A stretch of DNA of 63,343 nt, the filler included, from Octopus bimaculoides (taxonomy: Eukaryota), in NCBI RefSeq assembly GCF_001194135.2. It is 6 parts of 6 records of this genome, joined end to end, with 100 filler letters (N's around TTAATTAATTAA, not from the genome) between each part and the next. Parts side by side here need not be neighbours in the genome. Positions count along the whole stretch, not along the records: positions 1 to 28,560 come from NC_068981.1; 5 more parts are not named here. One strand, 5' to 3'. A program made the position numbers and the translations under genes. Below, piece after piece: positions 13,632 to 26,430 of this stretch; position 1 is the stretch's first letter; the number at the start of each line of letters is the position of its first letter. The notes beneath the pieces were generated by a model. It worked only from the letters and a program-made list of their open reading frames with translations. It did no database searches and was not told where the DNA came from.

Positions 13632-14400
13632 TTATAGTAAGTAATAGTAATAATGACTATTGTTATTGTTGTTTATCTCTTTTCAGACCTGATCGAATGT
13701 TGGAGGTCGATTTGAATGTTACTTTTACGAAATAGAAGCAGCATACATGAATTTTGATTCATTGTTTTTACGTGTATGATGCAGAAATGAAATATCCAGA
13801 CTCTTCTTCGTTTCATTTATCCTCCATCGGATAAGACTAAAAGAAACGACACTGCTGTTTGTAGCATGTAAATCAGGTAGAGATGTTTATTTTGTAATCT
13901 CGCCATTTTAAACTGTGGAGGAATCACAAAAAGTTTCAATATGTGTAATAGAGATATCGCAAGTACATCAAATTCTACGTAAAGAATTTGAAGACAGTAA
14001 AAAATATGAAAGAAGTCAAATGATTCGATAAATGAACTCCATCAGTGTGTGGCAGGGAACAAACAGAAAAGAAATAAAACCTCCGCAGACACGCAACCTA
14101 CTAGAAATAATTACTGAATATCCCTCATAAGAGGAAAATGTATCAGATAATTCTGTTCTTCGGATGTTTTTGCTTAGATGTCTACTCCATTGGATTTGAC
14201 TAGGTTTAAATAAGATGAGAGAGAAAAGAAGAGGAAAAGAAGATGGCAAGGCTAGGAGCTAAATTAGCTGTGACACAGATTATTATTTCTTCTAATTTTG
14301 GTAGGCAGTATCTGTTGGAGGACATTAATATATGTAGAACTGTGGTATCTCATTCACTGAGTCAGAGAGAAAGACAAAGTGCAGTAGCACTAAACAAAAT
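10750..14400 (-). pseudogene. Decayed LRR-rich (TLR-like) pseudogene B; may be two partial copies
   Basis: Frameshifted motifs in order: SLPHTDGVHLSNHLTSF, FYCLQILYVEFDVL, HNLIT*QLFSLWMSEWL (LRR-CT-like, ~13330-13380), LTSLRGIKMGNNL (~12380-12420), LHIVELNRYKLWIVIRLAF, LGNLYENCEILWM, a hydrophobic FIHLFLHIVLVV stretch (~11310-11345), and a weak TIR-like NAIKK..RRIALV (~10880-10930). Confidence 0.4.
12755..12960 (+). mobile_element. SINE family A fragment, degenerate
   Basis: gatgtcaaatttgcctgtcattc...gataaaataaaatactagtcaagtactgag resembles the family core. Confidence 0.55.
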
Positions 14401-15539
14401 ATCAAACTCTGTTCACCCTACGGCAAGAAATATGGAAATATATCAAGCTGACTAAAGAACGACACGATTTATTTGAATGAACTTCATGAATGACTCAATG
14501 CAGGTTTCATGTTGGCTAAATGAGTGAACGCAGAATTCATGCATTAGTAATTAAAGTGAAGAAAAATAAATTCAAAAGGGATTTGAAACCGCATCGGATA
14601 GCTTCTTGTTCTATAGTGCTCGTTACATCAAAATATATCTTGGAATAATCCAAAAAGATTATGGTATCTAATCAACACATGTCTAAAACGTTATTCAAAG
14701 GAAACTGATTCTCTACGTTTCTCAGCCATAACTAGAGTTAATGATACAACATTCTTTCATATGTAAAGAGAGAATATTTCTCTCGTTGCTTAGTAGAATA
14801 AAATGCGCGTAATGCGCCTTTCTAACGTACGCGAATGAAATTAATGGCATTATTAACCCGTTATTCTATATACAAGAGATTCTAAAGATCATGGATCGAT
14901 GTATATCAATATAAAGCTAAATTAGTTGGAGACGAAATATCTGAACAAAATCCCTAAACAGATCCCATGCGGCGTCTTAAACCGAGTAGATAGTCTATAA
15001 TTTAGATAATTATTATAACGTTAAACGATTTCAAAATCTGATATTTTTCTCTTTTGTATGAATTCTTCTGCATTCCAGAATGTTATTTCAGAAATATATA
15101 TTTTTTCTTTCTCTATGGCATATCTTTTACTGAACATGTATGAAAGGATTTTTCTTAGTAAATTTCTTCCTTTTACTTTTTATTAAATTCAAAAAGTCAA
15201 AACATAAAAGAAATTTATCAAGAAAACATGGAGACCTTCTGCTTTAATCTTCTTCATCGTTGAAAGCATAATAATTCAGATAAGAAAAAAAAACTGATAA
15301 TGATGATAATGACATCAACAACAACATAAACAATAACTTATCTATTGGCCACAAGGGCTTACGAAGTGGGGAAATGCAAGAATGAGATAAAAGAACATGG
15401 GATTTTCATGAAGTATAATAGAAAATATTAAAGAAATTAATAATAATAGTCCACAAATTGGGACTGTCATTTAGGATCTATCAAGGACGTTCGGAGATCT
15501 GCGATTGCCCAGGAATTCGAATGACTAGAGCCCTAATCT

Positions 15540-16840
15540 AGCAGTCATTTTCTACCATACAGGGGACAAAATTCGCCTGAATTCATTCAGGCGATTTTCA
15601 CCCAGCTTTCAGAAAATGTACTGGAAGGCAACACATTGTTTCCCACCTTAACCTGTTTCTCCAAGTTAAAATAAAGCGTCCATGATATATTAACCAAAAA
15701 CAAAATTGTTTCTCCATCATTTCAGTCGATTCCGCCACAGTTCTTTCGCCTTACCCACAGGAAGAAAGATGGAAGTGAGATCTTCTCGATGGATGTGGCA
15801 AATAACCGAACCATCAAATGTGCGACGACGTGAACTGTCAGCAATACTAGATCACTGAACGAATGCGTGTAGGACGATATCCTCGGTCTACATGCATCAC
15901 CTTTTGCTCACGGCACTTCTTAAATATCTGTTAAATATCCATCGAACGTGAATGAATTTTAGATCTACTTTCAGACTTGGGATTTCTGGAAGTTATCCAT
16001 AGTCCAGAAGAGAAGTCCTCGGCAACAACGAATATATCGTAGCTCCTCCAAACTTCTATCGCAGTCATACTACACTTTTGTAGCATGCTAAATTGGAAGT
16101 CCATTGCTTGAAGGTAGAATGATATGACCACATTCAATATGCCATTTTACACACGTTTCACTGAATGTCCACCAGAGATATGCGCTGTAAGAAAAATGGG
16201 TATCACAAATGTTCACAACGTATAATCACAACTCCTTATCGTTCAAATCTCCGTTTATATTGTCTCTGCAGCTCTCATTATTCATCGTTATCATCGGCAC
16301 CCCAAGCTTATCATGTACTAGATGTTATTAGCCGATGGAATGTCTGGTCAATGGATCACTCAACTCCCTTCCAGAAAAGTGAAAGGGTTGACGTTTTAAT
16401 TTGGTTAAACATAATCTGGGATATGCTACGAGGATCAAACATTAAACTAAAAACGGAGACGATGAAACACCGGCAAATATTCCCTCAGTAAGCTAACCAT
16501 ACCCTGAGTAAGCTAAAGATACCCTGAGTAAGCTAACACATATTCCCTGAGTAAGCAAGCTGGACACTTTTTTTTACAACCTGGCCTTCGGTGCCAAATT
16601 AGAGCTGAAGCAGCTTACCCAGTCTGTCATTCCACTATGCACTGCTGCAGTATACACATGGCTCTGCAGATGCCGAGCTGCAGTACGCTGATTTTCTGAT
16701 TTTCAAGATTCACCTTTGCTCCTTTATCATATTCCCTTAGAATTACATCACTTAGTCCGATCTCTGTATTGTCCAACATCAACAGAACAACGTCGACCGC
16801 GTAACATGGCAAGGCTCTCTCATAGGATGATTTCTAAAAG
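15540..16840 (-). mobile_element. L1/Tx1-clade LINE ORF2 relic (RT C-terminus to zinc knuckle)
   Basis: YAVDVVLLM..LREYDKGAKVNLENQKISVLQLG is a decayed YADD region. CM*TEDIVLHAFVQ* is a CCHC-knuckle remnant. AKELWRNRLK and ESWVKIA resemble the C-terminus. Confidence 0.7.
16478..16560. repeat. Minisatellite, 4 x ~20 bp (ccctgagtaagctaa core)
   Basis: Direct reading of the sequence. Confidence 0.93.
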
Positions 16841-17587
16841 TTTCATGTTCCGTACCAATGACTAGATAGTAAGAAGATACAGGAAAGATAAGAAAGAACA
16901 CATTTAACAAACCGAACTTATGATTCGAAATAGTTTTGAACGCGTTTTTAACTTTCCGTGTTGAAAATAAGTCGCCTCTAGCTTTTAGTAAGCTGACCTT
17001 ACAGACTAGATTTGTGGTTTGTTTAGCGAAGCAGCGAAAATCATTGACATCTACTGTCTGTGTTCATTTGGCCGAACAAATATTTTATTTAATTATTTAG
17101 GTACGTTACTATTGATATAATGGGATTCATTAATGTTGACATTTATATGTCCCGGAAATTCCATTCTTCTCTGCTATGAATTTAAAACTCTTTGAATCAG
17201 TATGCAATGCATTCACAAGTATTCTATAATAAAGAATGTCATATAAAACACCAGAAACAATCCTAAACACCGGCAGTAATCCCACTTACCACTGCAGTAA
17301 AAATAATAACACCAAAACAAACCACAGCACATACGAAAGGTACACAAAACTGGGCTTGGTAGTGCAGTGAAAGCACGTGATAAAAAGAAGGCAATTAAAT
17401 AATAATATCATAAAAATATTTGGTGAGATGAGGTTTTTACACTAAGAAAATAGACAAGGAAGGGAAACATACGCGCAAAATACTATTGATGATAATATCA
17501 TTTGGTAAAGTGTACTCTCTCTCGCCCTCCGTTTATATATATATTATGTCATATGTAAACAAACTTAAGTTTGTTTTTGAAGCGCTG

Positions 17588-17790
17588 AAATGTATTGTAG
17601 CACAAGTAGAAAGATATATTTTTCAACGCATAAATACTGATAGAACAGTATATATGGGATAATATCCCTTATAAAGCAGAAAAATCTGTCAGCATTTTTC
17701 TGCTCTGTAAGGATATTATCCCAAATATATTGTTCTATCAGTATTTATGCGTTGAAAAATATATCTTTCTACTTGTACCACAATACATTT
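17588..17790. mobile_element. Fold-back element or palindromic MITE, ~97-bp arms
   Basis: The left arm aaatgtattgtagcacaagtagaaagatatatttttcaacgcataaatactgatagaac... matches the reverse complement of 17694-17790 with only a few mismatches. Confidence 0.85.
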
Positions 17791-18349
17791 ATATATATAT
17801 AGACACACGCACATGTATATTCTATGATACAAATAAGGTGAAATTTAACCAATGTTTCTGCTGTTCTACCGGCAATTCTGCGTTCGAAATTTTCCCCCCT
17901 TATTTGAGTCGTACAATACACATTTCGAAGCTTCAAAAAACAACTCTTACATTGTTTATACTTACATACACATAGTTGTTCTATTAACTATTCATCATCT
18001 AAAATTGCGGCTGAATTTGTTAGCGGTCAGCATAACCAAATGTTATAGTAACGGTGTGGGTTCGAGTCGTATGGCTGTTTGTTAATAAATTTTTCCGCTT
18101 TTTTAAGAGTAATTTAGCCGTTATTTCTCCTCTTCTAACGGCAATTCTGTGTTCGAAAAACTTCACATTACTTGCGTTATACCATAGACATTTTGACTCT
18201 TATAAAAAGCAAGTGTTAGATTGTTTATATGTAAGTACACGTAGTTATATATATATATAGACATACACATATGGTTGTATGCAAACGCACACATATACCG
18301 TTGCTCAGAGTTTCAAGTTACGAACGTATACAGCACTATCAGCTGCATG

Positions 18350-19300
18350 TCTGTATTCCTTGGCAGTGTGGCATTGAATTTCTCTACTACATTAGTTTTC
18401 CTTTGTTGAGAGATTTATTTTATTGTTTCTGGTGTAATGTTAGTGCTTTGCCTATTGCTGAGAACTTGTCATATGAAATTCGCTTATTTGTTGTTTTAGA
18501 TTTCTCCTTTATATATCATCTGCGATTAGTGTTATATGTTTTAGTGTCGGAGAGAATTTCTGTAACATATAAACTATCTATGTTGTTTTAGATTACTGAG
18601 CGTTTCTGATGTATATCATGATTTGTGGGAGGTGTTATATATTATGCCATGTATAGATTATGTAAGTATATATATTGTTTTATATTATCAGGTGTAGATC
18701 TCTATATTATATATTGCAATATATTTTTCAAGGGGTTCTTTAGATTATATGCTTCTGTGGAATGACATATTTCAGGTAGCAATGACTATTAATTGTTTAG
18801 GGCATATGTTGCACAGAAAGTGTATTATATGGGTTGTGCTATTAAACTGGAAACATTTTGTAAAAAGATCTTTTGGGTTTTTCTGATCAAATCTTTCTTC
18901 TTCAGTGTATTTTGTTTCCTACGTATATCTTAGATTTATTTTCCCTACATAAAGAAACAAAGTATTTTGTTTCGCTTTATTCATCTTTCCGTATCACATT
19001 AGTCAAATTTCCTATGCTTACCTTCAACTATTTTCTTGTTTCAATGTTTTTACATTCAAACTGATTCCTATTTGCACACATTTTCGACTACCTTCTTTAT
19101 GGAGATGTATGTTCTACGTATACTAATTTAGTGGAGATAGTTCCAAACACTGAACAATTTTCTTAAATTCATTTGATAAACTATTGCAAGCAAAATATCT
19201 GGCTGATTGCCACGCATCATTTGGTTAATAAGCATTCATTTACATATATTTGCGTGTATGTGTTTGTGTGCTTATCTTACATCGGATATAACACAAATAT
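18350..19300 (-). pseudogene. LRR-like coding remnant C
   Basis: Fragments LFLYVGKINLR..YVGNKI, PLEKYIAIYNIE, IYTWHNI*HLP and PTLKHITL are seen with many frameshifts. Confidence 0.3.
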
Positions 19301-20753
19301 TAGTGGATTAGTCTCCATAAAAGAAGGAAGAGTAAGAAAGTATATAGTCATTGAATCAGTTGATTCTCAAATCTAAACTGCTCCCAACCTCATATCCAGT
19401 ATTTTATATTCCAGTCTTGTAGGCTTTGAGATTCGATCCATTGATTTAAGCCACTCTTGTTCATCGTAATCAAAATGTTATAAAGCTGATTAGAAGTGTC
19501 ACAGATTTATGGTTATTTCATATATTTTCTATTAAAACTGGTTTCGACCTGAATAATCTGTTAAAATTTCTGTTAGAAAATATTGAGACTTTCTCACTTT
19601 TGTTGTGTATAATTAAAGACAGAAGAATAACATTGTTTCCATAACGATTTCAAAGCCCTTCAAGCCTGGAGGATAGTGATAGCAAAGATTCAGGTTAAAA
19701 ATGTTCAAGGTCATTCTTTAACAGAAAAACATTCTCTAGAAAGGAACGGTGGAAATATAATGCTGGCAGTGAAATGTTATGCAATGCACGCTGATCGAAG
19801 TCAGGAAGACAGGAGAGGGGAGAATGAAAGATGGGTGAAACAAAGAGGTTTAGGAAGAGAGCATATACATCAACTTATTCGGATCGATATAAACAGCTTT
19901 TAGAAGATGGAGGCCATCGGTAGATATTGGTAAAATAGTCGAAGATTAAACAGTTCGGGATTAAAGTTTGTTTTTCTATTTTCGATCAGATGGAAGGCCT
20001 GTTTTTTTTCCGTTTTGTGTTTTCCTTAGTGTGCACATGGTAAAGAAGACTGTCCTATATGTGTGAGTAATGGTGTAGAGTGATCTGTGATTTCTTTAAA
20101 GTCATCTTCCTTTCGAGTTAATTATTTCTTTTATTTCATGTCCCAGAGCTATATTTTCTTAAAAACTCCGATAGCTCATTTGTCCGAAGTATTTAACAGA
20201 TGGTCTTACAGATAAAAGAAAATCCAATAAACAAACAAAAGGAAAAATATCGAAATTTATATGTAATGAAAACGCGGTTCTCGATTATCTGTCGTTCATA
20301 TTGAAGATTAAAATCTCAGTTTGAGTAGAAATAAGACGAAGAGAATAGTAAAAAAATATAAAAGAACAATTATCGATCATTCGTTTACAAACACTGTTTT
20401 CAAAGAGGCTACCGATTTATTATGTAATGGCTTTCAGTTTTCCTTGAGCTGAGTACAAAGCTATTTTTTTTTTGTTTTTAGTTTAGTTCTTTGATTAAAT
20501 TTTAGACTTCCTCTAACGCATCAGTCTATCTGTTAATCGATCGATCATTTCCCCTCCCTGACTCTCTCTATCTATCGCTTTCTCTAAATGTTTATATGTA
20601 TGTATGTATGTATGCATGTACACACACATATATATATATACAGATGCATGTGTATGTATATACAGACATGCATAACATATAAATGCATATTTAATTAATA
20701 TATATATGTAAAATATATAGACATATATCATATGTGNNNNNNNNNNNNNNNNN

Positions 20754-20786
<33 letters not shown>

Positions 20787-21129
20787 GAATATATATGTGT
20801 ACGTTGGTATGCTTACACGCATATATGCATCTCTATGTAGATACGTACACATAAAGGCCCACACATGCGCCCGCACATATTACGCTCTATCTGGAGGACA
20901 TGTCATCGCCTGTCATCTATATCCTACCATTTATCAATTTGTAAACCTGGTCAACATTCTTTAAAACTATTCATGCATGTGCTTATCTTGATTCTTTTAC
21001 TCATCTGTCATCCCACATCTAATATAAAGTTAAATGAAAAAATATATACCAGGATAAGTTGTGTTATTATCAAAAGCGTGCTTTGCAAATTGGCTTATTC
21101 ATATTTAATTACTTGTTGTTGACTATAAT

Positions 21130-21990
21130 TCATCTCCGGTTATTCTTCATTCATCCATGCATCCAACGTCTCTGTTCTCTATTCTTGGAAAACTCGTCGG
21201 GGTAGAGTCCTAAGGCATTTCCTACACAAGTAGCAACAGTCGTTAAGATTTCCGACTGAACTCCCAAGCACGATCATTTGACACTATGGAAATTATCCAT
21301 CATATTCTTGGTGCCCCACCAGGTATCCTGGCATTTGGCTCGGCTTGAAGAATCCGACATTATATTCACCTGTCAGTAGTACCAGAACTGTTACATCTCA
21401 AATGCGAAGTGGCGGTTCAGCCTGGAGAAACTCGGTGTGTTCGACCTAAGCATCTAGTCGAGTAATCCAAAGATGTTTCGAGGAACTCCATTTTGGCCAA
21501 TTGTATTCGCCATTGTACTCTTTCAGTCATTGCTCAATATTCATGACAATAGGTGAGAACAGGCACGGAAATCGAACTGAAGATAGAAAGTTCGGATCTT
21601 TTGCCGACGTCTTCTTTTCTGAAGATCGAATGTTGAAGTTAATGCATTATTTTGCAAGTACCTGCAATTGTAGCATTTCAGTTTCTCTTTTCAATCACCC
21701 GTGAATACGACTCTGATATAGTTCAACTTCTCAGCAAGCCTCGCACCGGAAAGATTTCCTTGAGAGGACCAATGTTTGAGTTTCCATGGTACTAATTCTC
21801 ATTCCTGTTTTGCGGCACTTGATAGCGAACTAATTCAATGCATTCTCGAGGTCATTTCACGATGAACCAAACAACATCATGCCGTTTGTTAAATGACAGC
21901 TGATCGACCCTACACACGGAAACTGTGATTACACTTCCACAACAGCTACACGGCATTCTTGACAGACTACGTCTATGTTCATAGATTTAC
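21130..21990 (-). mobile_element. RTE-clade LINE RT C-terminal relic
   Basis: GMMLFGSS*NDLENALN*FAIKCRKTGMRISTMETQTLVLSRK resembles RTE DDVVLLASS..DLQ.AL..FA.EC...GMRIST.K...VLSRK. LRTLPRRVFQE resembles the RTE C-terminus. Confidence 0.6.
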
Positions 21991-22440
21991 CATTTGTAGC
22001 TACTCCCGTTTCATTTCAGAAATAGTTTATCTTTCCTAATTTAAAGACGATGGGATGTAATATAAGTGAGATTTCGTTGTTATTTCTAGCGAAGTGTTCG
22101 AGCCTGTAAATGCTCCTTCGCTTGAATGTTTGTTGTTTTCGTGGGTTTATTGCTTTTAATGATTTACCAAAGGATTTTAATTCCCGAATAACAATTGTTC
22201 GATTTATATGTGAGTGAAGAGGTTATTGAAGTAGTTTATTTGATATTATTCATATAATAATGCCATCATTTTGGACAAATGAATTACACCTCACGCACGA
22301 GCAAACATTATAACAAACGCTATATTAATTATGAGTCAGGCGAGTGAAATTAATTATATATACGCATATATATACGCATATATATACACATATATATGTA
22401 TATACATGTTCATGTCACCGTGTGTATATCCGCTCACCCC

Positions 22441-22485
<45 letters not shown>

Positions 22486-22719
22486 GTAAACATTTAAACT
22501 GTTCTACAGTATAATATTGTTTCTCATTATACTAAATGTGAATTATTCATCACAGACCGAAATTTGGGAAGTATTACAACGGGTAGCAAAACGTATGCTT
22601 TAGCTTAGTTCGGTTATATCATAGTATTTTAAACAGCAAAATTATGACTAAAATTCTATGTATTGGTATATATATATATTTATATACAGGTGAAGTATAT
22701 TTGCCACTTAAATGTGGCT

Positions 22720-22920
22720 GACCCCTAAGGGTGGATATTACTGTTGCTTTTAGCCCCAGGAGAACATCTCCTCCAGCTGCCTATTGACACACATCTGTGT
22801 CCTCTGTATTTGCAAAGGGAAGTCATCCTTCCCATCTTGATTTGCGATACGTACGGACTCGAGTTTCTGGGTATTTACCCGTCCTCAGCGTACGACAATC
22901 GCCGACCTTCTATGCGTATA
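22720..22920. repeat. Interspersed repeat family C (ttttagccccagg motif)
   Basis: Related to 4345-4400 (ttactgttgtttttagcccc) and, inverted, to 59400-59550 (gttgacctggggtacaacagtaac). Confidence 0.5.
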
Positions 22921-22955
22921 TATATGCATGTATGCAAGTGTGTGTATGTGTGTGT

Positions 22956-22994
<39 letters not shown>

Positions 22995-23059
22995 TGTGTA
23001 TACACTATATGCATATACTTATTCATATGTATATGTATGTGCGTGAGTGTCAAGAAATG

Positions 23060-23977
23060 AAAATATAACGAAACTTTGTTATATTAAGATGTCAAAATGT
23101 TTAGATTTTCTCATTATTTCTTTTCTTAAGAACGTCTCTTCCTTTAAAATAATATATGTATGCGCTCCCCTGTTACACGATAGTGATTGATCTAACATGA
23201 CATCCATAATTTGAATGTTTACATTAATTGTAGTTAACGTACGACAATTCTGCACGTATGGAAATATGCTTCATGAATACAGTTGCCTCGATAAAGGCAA
23301 GACATCTACGTAGCGCATCACTATGTTCATGTGGAGTGAATTTGACAACCGTGCTAAGATGTATTAACTACTTTCTCAATTCCTTTTACTGATACCTCAT
23401 TTGACAAGTCTTTCTAATCTTTCAAAATGCCAGCATTCATAAGTACTCTATATACGGAAAAAAGAAATGATCGACTGGAACTTACTGCATATTTCTCATG
23501 GATCCAACCTATAATTTAAATTACTCCGACAACTAACAAATGGATATGTCACTTTAGAAAACCGAGAAGATAAATTTCGCTTCATGCCTAAGTTTCTAGT
23601 TCCGTATTAATTGTTAAAATGATTAAATCAATGGTTGATTTATGTAGGCTTCTTTACACTTATCTCACGAATCGTTTCAACCTGAAAACACTAAGTATAT
23701 CCTTTATTATTCATTTATAAATTATGTTTATAAAAATAATGCACGTGTTTAGAACATTGTCAAAATATTCACAGGATAACAGACTAGGTTATTTAGGGGA
23801 ATTCTTATAATTGGTTTCATAGGATTATGATGTGAGGAGTTATTTTACTGAAATTAGAACCATGTAAATCGAAACGACTTCGTTATGACTTGAACTCAAA
23901 AAACTTAACAAATGGAAGCAAAATATTTTGTCATCCATTGTACAGTTTCTGCAAGTCGTTGAGCTTGTACACACGCA

Positions 23978-24009
<32 letters not shown>

Positions 24010-25657
24010 CACACACACTACATACTACATACTTACCGTCAGACCCCACCCCTCATATATATTTATGCGAGTAAGTGTAATGATATACAATGCAGTTTTA
24101 TAAATCTATTTTAACTGATTTTTTACCAAACAGTTTCGTACACGCGAGCTTCGGAAAAGAAAACCCAATCATGACACATTAAGAAGGCTGGGAGAAAGAC
24201 TATGGCGTAGGCTATTTTCAACAGCATGTAAAAAAAAATTGTCATATCCAGTTTGTGGGTGTTATGAAGACCGGAACGAAAATGGAGGTGAGAGGATTTC
24301 TAAGGGGAATTTCTTGCAGAGTTATGGACCTTCGACGAGTATCAGAGAATATCTACACACTGTAGATATTAATAGCAAACAACGTCAGTATTCTCAAGAG
24401 GAAGTTAAATATGAAAAAATAAAATTCCCAAAATAAGAAAATATAACTTCAGAGCAGCTCATGCAATGGTTATATCAAATTATTTCAAGGTAAGAATGAA
24501 TATACAAAACAGGGAGCAAATAAATAATTTGGGATAGAAGATTGATAATCGAAAGGACTACATCTTGAAATCTATTGAATATAACACTGAGAAAAGCGAC
24601 CTTTGTACTAAGGCAATGTATGAGATGGTTAAAATGAATTGCACAGTTAGAGTGTATTAATGAATTTTAATTTCTATTTTAACCTCGGTATATAAATGCT
24701 TTGACTAAACGCCACTCTAAAATAGGTGCATTTTGGAATGTTGCAGTTGATTTTTATTTACAACTTTTGTTCGATTGCATCTACCAGAAAATGATTTCGA
24801 GAAATTAGACATATAGTATTTTATGGAAAGTATTTCTTTAAATTGGTTTTAGAGTGACAAAATATAAGGCTAGAAGACAAGTACAAGAAGAAGAAATGGA
24901 ATCGAATGAACCTTCGTAGTTAATCAGCTTGCTTGTACGGTGATGTAAGCAGAATACAGTATCATGGTAAATTAGTGTTTGTGGTACGACGGTTTTCTGT
25001 AGATTTGTTAATCAATTGTACAAACTTTAGTAAATGTAATCAAGACAATCGCTTCTTATCGAACAAGTCAATCAAACATGAATTAATTTCTAGCTCAAAC
25101 TAAGAAGCCCTGCCTTTGAAATGTTATCTTGGTTTAGTTATTGATGCGCTTTTTCAAGAAGTACCATCAAAGATTGTAAGATCTGTCATGTGTAAGGTTT
25201 GTAAAGGTTTTAATACCATTGAAAAATTTCCAAGTGGAGCGTACTGCCAGAAGAACATATGGTTAACTTCATACTGACATTCTTAATGTAGTTAGCCAAA
25301 ATATTTTAGTTTTGCGCTGCTCATTTGTAGTAACTGGTATGTAAGTCTTATTGCATGATATATGAAGGTACTGTAACTTACTAAATTCTGAATAAAACTG
25401 CATTGACATGAATCAATTGGCTGATTTGATCAGGGTACTTTTTCATTGATATCTCTAGGCTTACTGGTATGCGTGTCTCTAGGCTGACTGGCAAAAGCTA
25501 TCCAGAACGTCGATGGTTTCTGCATAAAGGTGTTTTTGTGTATATGTATATGTACAGACGGAATTTTGTGCATTGAAGGCCCAGGACTGTATTGAAGAGA
25601 GACCAACTAATATTTAACTATATTTAAAGGAGAACAAATAATCAAATATGTTTTCAT
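23060..25657 (-). pseudogene. Single-exon Toll-like receptor pseudogene D (signal peptide-LRRs-LRR-CT-TM-TIR)
   Basis: From ATG 25657, across frameshifts: MKTYLIICSPLNIV/ILVGLSSIQSWAFNAQNSVCTY..HLYA; RIPVSL; FSKLQYLHISCNKTYIP; PLGNFSMVLKPLQTLHM; TLQEIPLRNPLTSI; FHLLSFLSSSHNEVVSI; IPLNNLVC; LLVVGVI-(Y)NYR-WI; VKFTPHEHSD; GNCIHEAYFHTCRIVV; SNYGCH; RG..YIILKEE. The span of about 2.6 kb suits an ~800-aa TLR. Confidence 0.65.
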
Positions 25658-25684
25658 CGGTGGTACCAAAATTAGAATGGGATT

Positions 25685-25883
25685 AGACAAGGCCTGAAAT
25701 ATCGGTGGGGGAACTAGTCGATTACATCGACCTTAGTGCTCGACCGGTATTCATTTTATCGACTCCGAAAGGATAAAAGGCAAAGTCAATCTCGGCGGAA
25801 TTTCAACTCAGAACGTAGCGACTGGCGAAATACCGTAAAGCGTTTCGTCCAGCGTGCTAACGATTCTGTCAGCCCGCTGCCTT
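25685..25883 (-). mobile_element. SINE family A, well preserved
   Basis: Full head-to-tail match with CpGs retained. Confidence 0.92.
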
Positions 25884-26060
25884 AACAATAACAACAGCAG
25901 CAACAAAAAACAACAACAACAACAACAGCAGTAACAGCTGCAGCAACCACAACAATAACAACAGTAATAAAAATAATAATAAGTAGTAGAAGTTGAAGAA
26001 GAAGAAGAAGAAAAAGAAGAAGAAGAAGAAGAAGAAAACTCATTATAATTATAACAAAAC
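25884..26060. repeat. Compound (AAC/AAT/GAA)n microsatellite
   Basis: Direct reading of the sequence. Confidence 0.95.
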
Positions 26061-26099
26061 AATTATAATAAATGTATGGCAAATTTATATAAACACGTA

Positions 26100-26430
26100 C
26101 AAACTACGCAACAAGACAACGAAGGAGACAATAATGTGGAACGTGTTTGTCCAGGCTGACAAGGAGATCAAGACAAACATATCAGATATAATTATCAAAA
26201 AACAATACATTATCCAGAAGGAGACAAAGAAAATGCCAAACTATAATGTTCATCAAACTAAAATAAGAAAGATGTGTGATTGTGTGAGAAGTAAAAGGAA
26301 TAACTGGAATAATATGTACTACAGAAGAGAAAATGAACGAAATGATAACATTTGCTACCGGGAATCATATCTATGCAAAATGCTATCCCTGCTAGGCACA
26401 CATCACGCTCATAGAGCATACATTACAAGC
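26100..26430 (+). mobile_element. R4/Dong-like LINE C-terminal (RLE) relic
   Basis: IMWNVFVQADKEIKTNISDIII resembles ILWD..IQTD..I..NRPDIV. KMLSLLGTHHAHR resembles QK.ALLGTAHILR. Confidence 0.6.

Noticed and set aside
24239-24488. Plus-strand ORF or micro-exon (EQLMQWLYQIIS, ag|GTAAGA)
   Set aside because: The acceptor is weak, there is an in-frame stop upstream, and it lies antisense within TLR relic D.
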